DNA from: Octopus vulgaris
Lineage: Eukaryota
DNA length: 64,000 nucleotides
Direction of reading: 5' to 3'
Assembly: GCA_951406725.2 (NCBI GenBank)
Contig: OX597825.1
Location: forward strand, 38,006,001 to 38,070,000
The notes under the pieces are model-generated. The model was not told where the DNA came from, searched no databases, and saw only the letters and a list, made by a program, of their open reading frames with translations. A program made the translations under genes and the position numbers. This document shows, one piece after another, positions 13,564-27,295 of this stretch (the first letter of the stretch is position 1; each line of letters starts with the position of its first letter).

Positions 13564-16500
13564 TCTAATGATTATAACACATAGTTCTGAATCTCTGGCT
13601 TTATAATCTATGTATTTTATAGCTGGAAAACATCATAAAACATGTTATATTAGAGATTTTGTTATACACTGTATTATACAATGGATAATACGTACAGCAT
13701 CAAACACTGAAATACGCAAAAAATGTCTGTGTTTTTAACCATTACATTTGCATGAAAGAAATTTCTCCATTTTAGCAGTTTTACTAGATCAGAAACGAAG
13801 TTGATATCGAAATGAACATAGAACATTCAGTGAGTAAAAAATAACTATAAGAGAAATTTGGTACCGCCAATGTAAAATACATGAAATTACAGTGTAATAA
13901 TGCGCAAGTTTTGAATGATACATAATATATCCATTAAGATTGTCACTGCATATTGCGTCAGCTATCATATCAAATACTATGTATCAGATATCGCAAGGTG
14001 CTTGGCAAAAGATATCATAGAAATAGCTGAAATGAAAGGAAAAACGGCAAATATTGTATATGGCATCATATGACTGTCATGTGTTATATGAAGCATAGAA
14101 CACTAAAGTTTACTTCGTATATTTCACAAAATTATATCACTAGCAGCAATTATCAAGTTAAGTAAGTAACACTAGCACAGAAATACCGCAATATATAGAT
14201 AAACGATATTATATCTTTCGTTCAAAATGTTTTAAGACATTGTCTTAATTCAATAAATATCATACAAAATTTACTCTATCAAGTCTAACATGGATTCCTG
14301 AGATACGTTATATTTTATCATATATATTGAAAGCAGCTGCCATCAGACAATGTGGCATACATTGTAGCAAACATCGGTAATTTTATAACTGAGAATAAAA
14401 TCATAAACCGGATACAAACTAAAAAAAAAATTTCCCACACACAATCAGAAATCTGAAAATGTCTCAATGAAGCGAAATAAATAAAACAGAAGTTAAAAGA
14501 AAAGCGACGCTTTCAATACAATTTTCGTCCACACAAAACACTTTCCTTGCAGTCTATTACTCCTACACAAAACTAGCTAAAATATAACACATTAAAGCAT
14601 TATATTCCAGAGTTTACAATTTAATATCTCTAAACAAATAATTTCTTTAAAAATGTGAGACATTTCGATTCAATAAACCCTATTGCTATCTATCAGATAA
14701 AACTTTAACATATTCTTAGAGCATTTGTTTTAAACCATCGGACACATTTTCTATAAAGTTTGCCAGAAATTACGTATCTTTGTATTCAAGAAATTATACG
14801 TAGAAACAAGCCCAAGGCAAACTGATGGTGACGTTTTTGTTTACATAAGTTCAAATGAAGTTAGAATACAAGGAACCTGACCGTTATGAGATTGAGAGAA
14901 TATTTTAGATAGAATGTGCAGATGTTATTTCCTTTCAAACAAATGATTCGTCTGCGAACGTCAGATGCCAATTCTTTCCGGGCACAAGGTATTTAGAAAC
15001 ATGAGCTTAAAATAAATCCAGTACCTAACCTTGGTTTCCCTGCAGTTATATAAGCTCAAAGGTATGGACAGCACGCAGAATGACGGGACCCCAGCATGGT
15101 AAAAGGATAAAAGAATAAAAGAATAAATCTTTCTTTCAGCTACAACACCTAAGCTATGTAACTGAAAAGTAAGGTAAGATAAGATGACAGTACTCAGATG
15201 AAAATATATAATATTAATTTTCCAGGATAGTATATCAATGAAGTACGAGTAACATTTTAACTATCATCTGTGGTATCCAAAATATATACACATGAATTTT
15301 TAAAGGGCTTACAGAGAAGACCAATTCTTATTAAATGCAAGATTCGCTTAAATACGACTAAGCGATACATTGACATTGCGAGGCGCACTGCGTGAACCGG
15401 GTTTCCAGTTTAATATCAACATTGTTCGGAAAGATGTCAATATCAAGGTATAATTTGCACACATGAAATACACTGAAATTTATTAGAAGAAAGATGCGTC
15501 ATGTGTTCTACCTTCAAATTCCCGAAGATCCATTTTCCATGATCATATATAAGACACCACTACATTGAATTGCTTTGGGTAACCTTATTTCCTACGTCGC
15601 ACTGTAAAATCTGGAACCCAATGAATTTAACAAAAACACTGTGTTAATTATGTCGTCAAATGCTCCAATATTAAGTTAACGTTTTCTAAGTCAAATCCAC
15701 GAAATACAAGAGCAGCAGAAAAAATATTTTTTATAGTACTCTGGCGTTAATCATTTTAATGTACAATTTCCTAAACAACAATCTGAGATGCCCAGAAGCA
15801 TATAACAATATTCAAAAGCTAGTAGTTTTAGGAAATTAGTATATACATTTGGCTATTTAGTGCAAACAATGTTCATCCTTCGAAGTTGTCTCACGATATA
15901 ACGAGGTCAGGCGCCTCGTTATTGTGGCAACACGAAATCGGACGCATTGTATTTAAAGACATTAATATAAGAGCTGATTCAGCAAAAACAAACTGTGTAT
16001 TTGAATTTGACCAAAGAGCCTCTATTTTTGCGAATGCGTGAAAATTATAGGTTGAGTATTCAACTTCGTTACCCTATGCCGACATAATTATTAAGATATG
16101 TGTTCTAACAGAATTTCTAAGAAATATCGAATTGAAATTGCTTTAATTTATTGATCTAGGTAATTTCGTACTGACTATTTATTCTGATATATGGATAATT
16201 TCTTACTAATTATTTTACAAATTTATTTAGCGGAGACAATGAATTCGAATCTGAACAATTTTTTTATAAATTGATATAAACAGGGATCCTTGATGCGAAA
16301 GTTCCCTGATCACAAAACGGGATATCTCAAACATTGCAGATACTTATAATTTCAAAGAATTTGTAAGATATGGGCTCAAACGTTTTAGAGCCCATATGAT
16401 ACTTGTGTTAGGAAAATCATATCTAAGTACAAAAGCTGTGGCAGAAATGCTTTAGCTTTGATCTATGAATTTTTAGACACTTGAAGCAAGATTGTAACTT

Positions 16501-18574
16501 TTGTTACAATAGGTTATCCTTTTAGGATTTTTATAGTGTTCATTGGGATGTTTAGACAAGAGAGTTGTTTATCCCCATGCACTACATTTCACTATATTTA
16601 ATAACGTTTATAGTCTGATCTGAGAAAAAATATGAAAAACCATGCTGGTCATCTCTTTCAAATGTTTGGTAAGAAAAGTTGCTATGAGGCATTTGACGGC
16701 GGGATGTATTTATGAGGGTTCCTATTACTTCACTTGGTCTAGAAACAGGACGACCTATAGTCAACTCTGTAGCATAGCAAAACACTTAACAACCATTGCC
16801 TAAGGCGGTAGGGTATTTATCAATAGTAACTACATGGTTTCCAGTGAACTAAACATAATGAAATTGAAGTATCTTCGTCAAACACATTGAGGAGATGACA
16901 GATACGAACAAAAACTCTGCGGCATTTTATCGACTCCGGCTCCTAGAGATATCAGATGTGTTTAAGGAGCCGTTATAATTTGAATCACAACCATTGTATA
17001 TAGCAACAGATGGTGTGAATGTGGTTTACGAATGAAACAAAAATAATTGTGGTACTATTTTAAAAGGAATTTTCCTTTAACGCTGAAATCACGAACCTCT
17101 CATACATTGAACAATCTAAAGATAGCGGTGAAATAGATTTAAATTGAAAAGTAGAAATTCTTTTTTAGCTACTTGAATGCCAGTTTGAGTTGATTATGTA
17201 TTCCACAAAGCAGTTTGTCATTATAAACTATTTATTTAAATCTAGCTAATTAGCACCGAATACCTCTTGAAAAATTAAGATCATTGTCAGATGCTCTCTA
17301 TCATCTGGTTGCGATAAAAGAAAATGACACAAATTATGTTTGAAAAGTATAATTATAATTGACAACTTCTAAGAGGATGGAATCTTTTAATCGATTTTAC
17401 AGGCGTGGGGGATTTCAAATATTTGTTTATTTTCTATATTAGATTACTTTGTCTTTAACAGAGAGATGTTTTCATATTCGTGGGCTAAATTAAAAATGAT
17501 CGCATCACGTCGTTAACGTATACCTCACGCACAGAACCATATAAAGAAAAATCACCTCACGAAATGATTTCTGTGGCATCTTGCTCTTTAATCTATGATG
17601 CTTCGTGTAGTTTTCACCTCACAATGAACACATTATTCTAAATGAAAGCAATATTATAGGGACATGATTATGTGAAAATTGTGGCATTCATGCATCTGCC
17701 TAAATGTGTAAAGTAATTCTAGAATCTGACCAAAACTAATGATATCTGCTCAATGGATGTTTGATGTGGTGCAGTGAAACAATTCACCATTTCTGGATTT
17801 AATACGTGGTTATGCATAGAGAGGTTTTAGTGTGTTTCAGTGTGATTTTAGATAAATCGGTATGCTTAAAGTTTTAATTATGAAAGTAAGGAATGTTAAT
17901 TGATCAAATTCATAGTCATTGGCATTCTTTTATTTTGCACATAAATAATAAATATGACGGTGTTAAACTGCACGCATTTCGATCTTTAATATCTATGAAC
18001 TACATTTAAATGTACTTGACATGATATTACAACGGAATTCGTATGATATTTCTACTGAGCAAGAAAGCTTTGTATTCATTAGATACGATATTAGTTTTCA
18101 CAAAAGTCATGGGCATATCATTAATATCGTTTGGCAACAATGTGGTCTGCTGTTGAAGCGAACTATATGCTAGAACCGAGTGAACCCTTTAATGACGAAT
18201 GGACTTTCAGAAATGATATGAGCTTGAAACTCCATTGGAAAGACTGCTCCTATATGAGAGTGAAATATTCGATTCATCCTCAAGTGTAAGGCGTTTACAA
18301 CATTTTTATGTGTTATTCTGAGAGTTCGCTGTTTGCTGCCAAGATTTAAGGACAGTTCTTCCCACTGATGCTAAATTTGTCCTTTTTTCACATTATAACA
18401 GTACTCACGGATACAGGCATATAAACTTAGGCACTCACAAATACATATCTATACAGATATAAAATGTTGGGGTTTCTATTTATTGCAGGTTTTGCAAAAA
18501 ATTAAAGAACATAATAAACTGCTTTCCCACATTTGCTTATGAAAATATACGTAACATAAACGTTCACATTCCAT

Positions 18575-18690
18575 CAAGATTGAGTTTGTCTTTCATCATT
18601 TCGGGGTCGATAAAATAAGAACTAGTCGAGCAATGGCATCGATGTAATCGACTTGCTCTTCCGCCGAAATTGCTGTGCCGAAATTTGATA
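18575..18690 (+). mobile_element. SINE family B fragment (MetaSINE-like central domain)
   Basis: TTTCATCATTTCGGGGTCGATAAAATAAGAACTAG matches the core of the full copy at 62820-63030. Confidence 0.7.
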
Positions 18691-19189
18691 TCAATTAATT
18701 AAAATGTTGATATGCAATGCACTGAGTTTTGAAAATGTGGGTTTTACGAACGTATATTAATGTAAAACTACAGAAAAATATCAAAATCAATTCTGATTAT
18801 ATCAAATGGGATGTAAGACGACCATTTGAGCATATTACAGATGTGAAAATAGCGGAGAAACTTCATAAACATGATGACTAATATCTATTCGACAAATGCA
18901 AATTGCTTGATAAGCGCCTATTTTGCAACTGGAAAACATCACCTTCAATCTAATGCAACAACATAATTACACATGCACTCGATATTGACTCATCTAAGAG
19001 ATATGGGATTTTGTCGTTCTAGATTTCCTTCTGCTATCACTCCAATATATTGATTTTGTGCCCATTTTTCTTCCTTGAATTTTTTTTACACAAGATCAAA
19101 TCCCATTTTTCCCTGCGAAGAAATGAAGAATTACCTCCTGTGATTACACGTAGCAATTCTTTCTCTACTCGGTTTCAAACATTTTACAA

Positions 19190-19410
19190 TATTACAGTTA
19201 CAGTCAAGCGCTGGTAGTATCTCTACTGCAACTAACAAAATGCCTTAGCAGCATTTTTTCCGGTTTTCATTTCTGAGTTCAAATTTCATAGGGGTCGTCT
19301 TTTCCCTTCATATGTGTAAGCTCGATGAAATAAATACCAGTGTAACACTGGGGTCGATGTAGTGCACAACACCGAAACAAGAAATCAGAGGTCTTGTGCC
19401 AAAATTTAAA
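19190..19410 (+). mobile_element. SINE family B, degenerate
   Basis: B-box-like GAGTTCAAATTTC, followed by GCTCGATGAAATAAATACCAGT...GGGGTCGATGTA and a CTTGTGCCAAAATTT tail. Confidence 0.65.
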
Positions 19411-19845
19411 TCCAATATTGCTATTAAATTCAAAAGTAAATAATTCAGACCAAATATTAATCTTCACGGATCTGTAGTTTAGAAAAACAATTATCTATCT
19501 AAATATTGATTATAATATCGTGAAGCTAAAATGAACCTGAAGTGAGAGATGTCGAATCAAATTATGATCGACATGTTAACGTGTATTTCTTTAAATTTAG
19601 CAATACTCCTATCGACATCACTCTGCATGTTGTATATACTGTAATAATTTTGGTATTATTTATTAAGCAACATACAATACACACGCACGCACGCGTTTTC
19701 GCACGTGCACTTACGCGCGCGCACCCACGTATATATACAGTTAGGCAATTATATACTCATTATCATGTCCACATATAAATACATGCAAACAGGTACACGC
19801 GCGTATATATGTACAGATATCTGTATATCTGTACATATATAAATG

Positions 19846-20170
19846 TGAAGGTGCGTGTCCTAGTGGTTAAGGTATTCAGCTCAAGATCATAATGTCGTGA
19901 GTTCAATTCCCGGCGACGATTTGTGTGCTTGAGCAACACACTTTATTTCACGTTGCTCCAGTTCCCTCAACTGTCAAAGATGAGATGTACCTGTATTTCA
20001 AATGGCCGGGCTTGTCACTCCCTGTGTCACGCTGAATGTCTCTGAGAACTACGTTATGGGTTCACGTGTCTGTGGAGTGCTGAGCCACTTGCACTTTAAT
20101 TTCAAGAACATGTTCTTCCGTTTATCGGACCGCCTGGAACACTCGACGTCGTAACCGACGGATTGCTGGT
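19846..20170 (+). mobile_element. tRNA-derived SINE family C, near full length
   Basis: A box TAGTGGTTAAGG and B box GAGTTCAATTCC, then a CORE-like TGTGTGCTTGAGCAACACACTTTATTTCAC segment and ~200 bp of non-tRNA body. Confidence 0.8.
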
Positions 20171-20253
20171 TCTATTTTCTTACATATATCTGTATTCATA
20201 TATAAACAGGTATGTGTAAAGATATAGACACATGCGAAGAATATGTCTGTCTG

Positions 20254-20340
<87 letters not shown>

Positions 20341-21979
20341 GTCTGTCAGTCTACATAGATATGTTATGGTGCATACGTTTATATATATATATATTCATGT
20401 GTACATATAAATGTGCACTTACAAGTGAAGAGGGAATACGAGTGGGAAGAGAGGTAGAAAATAAGCAGCGAGGAAACTTTAAGCATTCTAACTTAATCAA
20501 CTTAATCAACTACCTCAAATACGACCTTAATTCCAATATATATGACAATTATTAGATTTCTTCAAACATATTCCGGTAACAGCTATTATTGCAGAACAGA
20601 TACCGACGCCTGATATTTATTTATTGATTCCTTAAGTATTAACATCTGACAATTTAGTGATTATCTCCCGCCGGTATCTTATGTAAATTAATAAACTCAG
20701 TGGGTAAGAATTTGATGAATTTAGACAGTATAAAGAGAATTATCAGTTGTATTATTCACTCTGATCTTGTCTAAAATGTCTATATCAAATTTAGATGCAC
20801 ATACGTACATGGGTAAAATTACAATATTCAGCTTCATTTGTGCACTTAACTTACAGTTTATGGTAGCAACAGAAAGTGCCTGGAATAAAACTGTAGGAAT
20901 AAATTAAGGTGTGAAATAAGGGACGAAAATGAAACTATTTCTGAAAATATCTAAGCGTATTGTACAAACAGTATCAAGAGAATTCAATAGGAATCAATGG
21001 AATAATTGTAACTTGTATCATTATATAATAAAACACAGGCCAAAATAGTCCACTATATTAGTGTTAGTCGACACTAAAAGATGATATTTTTTAATGATTT
21101 CCTGACATTGTAAAATGCTGATGAGTTTTACCCTGTAGGACATTTGTTTTCTCGTTGACTATATGAAACATGACTGGCTTTCTTGTATACTGTAAGACTG
21201 TTTATGTATCTGAGGTTCTCTTTGTCTCGAAAAAATAACCACAGATTTGGGGGGTAACAAAAAATACCACGTTAGCGAGTATCGTGAAATATATTGAGTC
21301 AAAATTATATATAAATATAAAAATCAACATTTTCTTATAAGGTCACATTGACAAGTCAATTTCCACTTCTCGATGTAAATAATATGAAACAATTTCAACT
21401 GATTTTAATATCAAAATAGCAGGACTTCATATGAAATTGAGCATTTTTACTACCCGAGGAAATCATGCGTATTCTCAGATGTGACTAGGTTCGATGATTT
21501 ATAGTTACATTAATCAGAATTTTTTTTTATCATTCAAATGTTTTCAATTAAATAAATAAAAATAAACAAAAGAAATTCCTACATTAATTTCAGTCATTGC
21601 TGTGCGATGTCTTACGACACCGCTTATCTAAAACAAATCGTTGTCTTTTATTATTAATTTAAACATATTTTATTCATGGAACAAATTAAATCAGCATCAA
21701 TTAACCCTCATCATCAAATATTTATCCTAAAATCTACCATATCTCCTGCTGGGCGTAGCGAAGGCGGACACATACATAATAATTAAAAAGTGACATAACC
21801 GTTGTTATGCTCACCACATCTTCAGTTAATATAAATATTATTTACACCCGGTAATTTATCAATTTCTATTATCGAAGGGTTAAAACTCATTTTCACGTAA
21901 GCGTGAAAATATACGCTGAATAACGTAATTAATTTATAAGCAGGAAAACAGATGAGGATAAATAAATACATACATATTT

Positions 21980-22048
<69 letters not shown>

Positions 22049-22065
22049 GTCTCTCTCAATCTCTC

Positions 22066-22125
<60 letters not shown>

Positions 22126-22128
<3 letters not shown>

Positions 22129-22307
22129 CGCAAGGTATAGCTGTGTGTTAAAAAGTTTGTTTCTCAACCATTCTGTTCCGGGTTCAGTCCCAGTGCGTGG
22201 TACCTTGTGGAGGCGCATTCTCCTATAGCCGAACAAAGCGTTGTCAGTAGATTTGGTTGAGAGAAACTAAAAAAAAAAATCATTCCTAAAGTATAATAAT
22301 ATTAAAA

Positions 22308-22359
<52 letters not shown>

Positions 22360-22810
22360 CAACAACAGCAACAACAACAACAACAATAATAATAATAATA
22401 ATAACGGAAAGCTACTTTAGAAATGAAATCCCAGTTTCGAAATTCTCCCAGGACACTTGATGAAGACTGGAGAGTACATCAGCCCAAAAGTTGTTTTAAC
22501 AACAAACAAGATAAGGCCAAATATCCGTCAAATGTAAATAATATAAAATAATGTACATAATTCCTCGCCTCTCAAATACAGAACTGTTTAAGAAACTCTT
22601 TGTATGTATATTTATATATGTGTGTGTGCGCTTGTGTTTATATTTGTCCCCTACCATAGCTTGACAACCGGTGTGGGTGTGTTTATGACCCGGTAACACA
22701 GAGTTTGAGTAGAAAAAAACGTGAAGTTTTATAAAATACGTAATGGAGCTACAGTTCTTTAAAGCAGTGCTACAGCATGGTCTAATAACTGGAACAAGTA
22801 TAAAAGAATA
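22126..22810 (+). mobile_element. tRNA-derived SINE family A, split by an (AAT)n tract and an HHR-bearing insert
   Basis: 5' half at 22126-22270 (B box GGGTTCAGTCCC; GATTTGGTTGAGAGAAACT). 3' half at ~22610-22810 (GCTTGACAACCGGTGT...GCAGTGCTACAGCATGG). Matches the copies at 46070 and 53150. Confidence 0.8.
22405..22600 (+). mobile_element. Short Penelope-pLTR-like insert after (AAT)n(AAC)n, carrying a decayed HHR (22452-22497)
   Basis: GACAC-TTGATGA-A-GACTG-GAGAGTACAT-CAGCC-CAAA-AG-TT-GTTTT. The HHR layout is kept but there are several core and stem substitutions. Confidence 0.55.
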
Positions 22811-22850
22811 TATATGTGCATGTGTGTAGATAAGTATACTTACATATCCC

Positions 22851-22901
<51 letters not shown>

Positions 22902-22985
22902 TGAAATTTACAGAAAAATAAAAGACGAAGACAGGTATATAAACAACAAGTATACATACATACATATCATACATACACACACACA

Positions 22986-23065
<80 letters not shown>

Positions 23066-23399
23066 CTGCGCAAACTCAGTCTTTGTTATCGAGTTTCTCT
23101 CGACATAGAATAGGCAAGCCGGAGTTACAATAGCAGTGACAGGAGAAAGAGGACTATCAGCTTGATATTACGGAGAACGATGAGAGACAGTTGTGAACTT
23201 TCTAACTATTTAGGTATCTATGTACCTAAATATAAAAGTGTGATCTTCGTATTTCAGTCGCTTTTGTTGTTGGATATGCAGTGTTTCTGAGGACCTCATT
23301 TCTTTTGTCGTGTTTGTTGCTGTTGCTTTCACTGTGGTTGTATTTTTACCTTCGTTCTTGCTACCCATTCTGTTTCAAAGAACATGTCCTCTTGCACTG

Positions 23400-24460
23400 T
23401 TCCACAATGTTGTTTGCGCTAAATCTTCAGGTTTGTATCTATAATCGTCAGTCCGTCGTGCCTTGCTACAGTTCATGCATGACCAGACTGCAGTGGTGCT
23501 CATCAACATTCTGTGGGAAGAGCAGATACTCCAGTCTTGGGAAATTGTTTTCAAACACCTGGAGAATGGAAACTTGTCATGCCGTGACTGATGATGTGCA
23601 GACATGCATTAAGGCTGTAAAATCTTCAGAGTTTCCTTGACGGTGAGTTGGACACGCTTTAACGCAATTCATATATTTGGAAGAGCTGTGGTCTTGGATC
23701 ATGCAAAAACCGATCCTGGATTGAACTGCCTTGCACACTGAGTGCCGTCAGGTGCTCACAAACCTCCACAGATCAGACCATGCAGTCAGTGGAAGTTCTA
23801 TTTTAGAGTTAAATTGGCAGGCAAAAGTAACGACGTTTTAGGGTAGACTCAAGATGGTGAAGAGAATCAACTGGCTGCTTTGTTCCTACGACTTTCGGGA
23901 TGGGGCCTTAAGACGATTACCAAATATCTCTGGGCTAACATTGATAACGGGAATAAGGGCAGAATATTGACGATTCAATATAAATTTTACAGACATGGTA
24001 GTTTCGTCTACCTGACTGGCCTGAATGTGCGCTGAGTAATTCTTCATTTCCGGGCATCGCGTATAGGAGGTGTTTGCTATCTACTAGGTCTATTGTGAAG
24101 ATAATCCCGCTGTGTGCATTTCACTGGCAAGTACAATCAATGGTGGCCTTAGTAAAGAATATTGCGTGTTGGCCAGATTGAAAGGTATGAATACTGTACC
24201 TCTCTATATGTTCACGTGTACACCAACTTTTAAACTTGCACTTGCAAAGATAAGTGAAAATTGACAGACAAGTGCTGCCTTGTAGCAAGTTTACTTAAAT
24301 GTGTGAGATTGCGAAAATGGTGCCATTTGTGAACGGCCAAGCACGGGCTTAAAGTTTGAGAGAGAATCGTGAGCAAGGGCTCAAGTGACCAGGGATACGC
24401 GTGATTCTTAAGGGTTATTCATTGATTCCTTGGAATTGTCCTCTACATATTGGAGAATTC
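23400..24460 (+). mobile_element. Highly degenerate DNA-transposon coding remnant, possibly hAT (Ac/ZBED-like)
   Basis: Relatively GC-rich unique block. Translation gives HAVTDDVQTCIKAV...VGHAL (cf. hAT VTDNAxNMxKA...CxxHxL) and a frameshifted D-H-A-V-R-W-K-S (cf. D.xTRWNS). No TIRs found. Confidence 0.35.
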
Positions 24461-24629
24461 TCTTGTTTGAACTTTTATTTCTTAGTTTGTTTTCTTATTT
24501 TACTCTTTTACACCATCTTATAAACCCCAAATCGTGTCTTTTAACCCCCACAACGTATCATATTGTGCCTTACTCGATCTGTTTGTAAACATTTGGTACT
24601 TAATAAAGGAAGACACTATCTCTTCCTCC

Positions 24630-24801
24630 TCCTCCTCATCCCCCGCATCATCATGCTCATATTACTATTATCATTATTATTATAATTTTAGTAATAGTAG
24701 TCATAGAAGTTGTAGGAATAGTAGCACCAGCAATGATGGTGGTGGTGGAGGTGGTGGTGGTGGAGGTGGAGGTAGTAGTAGTAGTAGTAGTAGTTGTTGT
24801 T

Positions 24802-24866
<65 letters not shown>
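24630..24866. repeat. Compound trinucleotide microsatellite (TAT/TAG/GGT/GTT/AGT)
   Basis: Directly visible. It accounts for the poly-S/G/L/P ORFs. Confidence 0.95.
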
Positions 24867-24867
<1 letters not shown>

Positions 24868-25140
24868 TCTTGATATTAGCGTATATCATTTATTTCATAT
24901 GCTTGCTTATTTAATTATTTAACATTCTGTATAAATTTTGATGTATCTTACAAATCATCATTAATCATTATTCATCAACGTCATCAAATACTCACTATAG
25001 ATTAGAAACATAAATGTGACTGAGTGAGGAGGGAATGGACATTTTCTCGTATTACATACATGCATACATAGAAACATATATATATATATATATACGTATG
25101 TATGTATGTATGTATGTATCTCTCTCTCTCTCCCACTCTC

Positions 25141-25180
<40 letters not shown>

Positions 25181-25757
25181 TATAATAAATAATTTGACTG
25201 CAAAATGATCGTTGTTACACATCTCGTCTCAATATATTACTCAGTATACTGTGTCCGTGTTTACTGCAAGTGCTATCTGTAGTTGAAATTCGAAACATTC
25301 GGTGATTGACAGAGACCAGAGGTGACATAATAGATATGATGGTTTGCAATGATTTACAATATATGTGTTTAAGTATGTATGTGTGTGTGCGCGCGCGTGT
25401 AGTATGTTAATGTATGTGTGTATGTGTGCGTGTGTGAGTGCTGTCGCGTAACGCACTAGAAGATATCTTATATGTTAATAATGGTTAATTGAAGACGTGA
25501 TGTCCATGGCGAATGGTGATTGATGATGTGGGAGAAAATTTCCTAGGGTAAATGAAGTGAAAGAAGAAAACACTACAGCCGACAATATGTTTGAAAAAAA
25601 TGTCTAAGTATACTACTATGTTCGCTAAAATTATTATAAGACATTGATATTAAGTTTTGACCGAAAATTTCAGGTTCAATCGATAATTATTTTAGCATTG
25701 CCAGCTAAGAATTGCAGCATATACTACACTTCTTTGCACACTAAATTCTATTTTTCT

Positions 25758-26105
25758 CAGCGGCCATGCTGGAGTACCACATTTGGTCGAGCAAATTGAC
25801 CGCAAGTCTTATTCTTTGTAAGCCTAGTACTTATTCTATAGTTCTCTTTTGCCGAACCGCTAAGTTACGGTGACGTAAACACACCACCATCGGTTGTCAA
25901 GTGATGTTGGTGGAGGGGCAAACACAGATACACAAACACACAAACACATATCTACGACGGGCTTCTTTCAGTTTTCGTCTACCAAATCCTCTCACAAGGC
26001 TTTGGTCAGTCCGAGACTATAGTAGAAGGCATTTGACCAAGTTGTCACACAGTGGGACTGAACCAGGATTCATGTGGTTGGTAAGCAAACCACTCTTGCA
26101 CCTAT
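25758..26105 (-). mobile_element. SINE family A (left arm of the inverted duplication)
   Basis: Reverse complement has the B box CTGGTTCAGTCCC, the body GGATTTGGTAGACGAAAACTGAAAGAAGCCCGTCG and the tail CCAGCATGGCCGC. Confidence 0.85.
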
Positions 26106-26149
26106 AAATTAATGAGGGTGTAGCATATTTATACATATATATATATATG

Positions 26150-26360
26150 TGTGTGTGTTTGTCTCGTGTGTACCGTTGGTGATTTTTTTCCTCTGTCTTC
26201 CCTTCTCTGGATCTTTCCTTCTCCTATGTTTCCGACGAAGAGCTCCGCTCGAAACGTTAAACCCTCCTTCTTTCCTTCTTTCCTGAGTGTCCAATAATAC
26301 TATATTTGTTCCACGTCCTCGCGTTGTTGTGTTTTTTTATGCTTTCTTGTTTGGATTAAT
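26150..26360 (+). mobile_element. Pyrimidine-rich Penelope-pLTR-like element between TA tracts, with a minimal HHR at 26228-26262
   Basis: GTTT-CCGACGA-A-GAGC-TCC-GCTC-GAAA-CG-TT-AAAC: 4-bp stem I, 4-bp stem II, loopless ACGU helix III, GUU site and a U4C substitution. Related to the element at 53610-53838. Confidence 0.7.
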
Positions 26361-26377
26361 ATATATATATACATATA

Positions 26378-27188
26378 CACGTTGCGATGGGTAAATTGTC
26401 GTCATTATATTTTTAATTTCGCGCATGTACTTTGTTTTTCTATTTTGTCGACTCCACAGTATAGTAGGATCAGTCTGGCCTCGTCTGTGAGAAAAACAGC
26501 AACATCGCGCAATTTTCGAGCGACATGCTGTACTGCTCAAATTTCGCAACAGAAGCTCCAATACGAACATTTCAGAGTATTTGTGTGTCAACCTGAGGAC
26601 ATGTACCTAGTGATAAAAATCAAACATCCAATCAACATAATAGAGTTTTGTAGTGGAAACTAGTGATAGCGGCATTATGTCCCCAATCATCGTCATCGTG
26701 GATCGAGAAAGTAATGCTGCCAGGGTCAAGAGGATAGCAGACCCTATGTCTGGCAACAGGACTCAGCGCAATGCCACACAAGCAGGAGAACAGGAGACAT
26801 GGCTGTCATATAATTTCTGCGACCACATCACCCCTAACATCTGGCCACTTAATTCCCCAGACTGTAAACCCCTCGATTACTATCTGTGCGCGCGCAGCTG
26901 AACGACAGACCAACTAAGGTCCTTGTAAAACAAAAGATGGACTGTAGGCAAGGATTATGGTAGCATTCACCAACTTAAATAAGGTGATCGTCCAGAAGAT
27001 TTGTAGAACATTCCGAAGTCGTCTGCAGGCCGTGTTTGAAGCCAATGGTGATTGTATTGAGTTAATTTAATCTTTAGTATTTGAGGATTTTTTAAATGTA
27101 ATTCTGGTAAATATATCTGTTAAAATGAGATGTCAGTGTTATTTCTAATTTTGCGTAATTTAGACAACAGTTTATTTACCGCACCCTG
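26378..27188 (+). mobile_element. Deleted Tc1/mariner-superfamily element (maT/DD37D-like)
   Basis: Ends TA-CACGTTGCGATGGGTAAATTGTCGTC and GACAACAGTTTATTTACCGCACCCTG-TA (CAGGGTGCG-type TIR). Transposase remnants KIKHPINI and NIWPLNSPDCKPLDYY. Confidence 0.85.
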
Positions 27189-27209
27189 TATACATACATA
27201 CATATATAC

Positions 27210-27268
<59 letters not shown>

Positions 27269-27295
27269 TAAATATGCCACACCCTCATTAATTTA

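Noticed and set aside
19850-19920. Possible tRNA gene (A and B boxes)
   Set aside because: No clean acceptor stem or poly-T terminator; the sequence continues into a SINE body.
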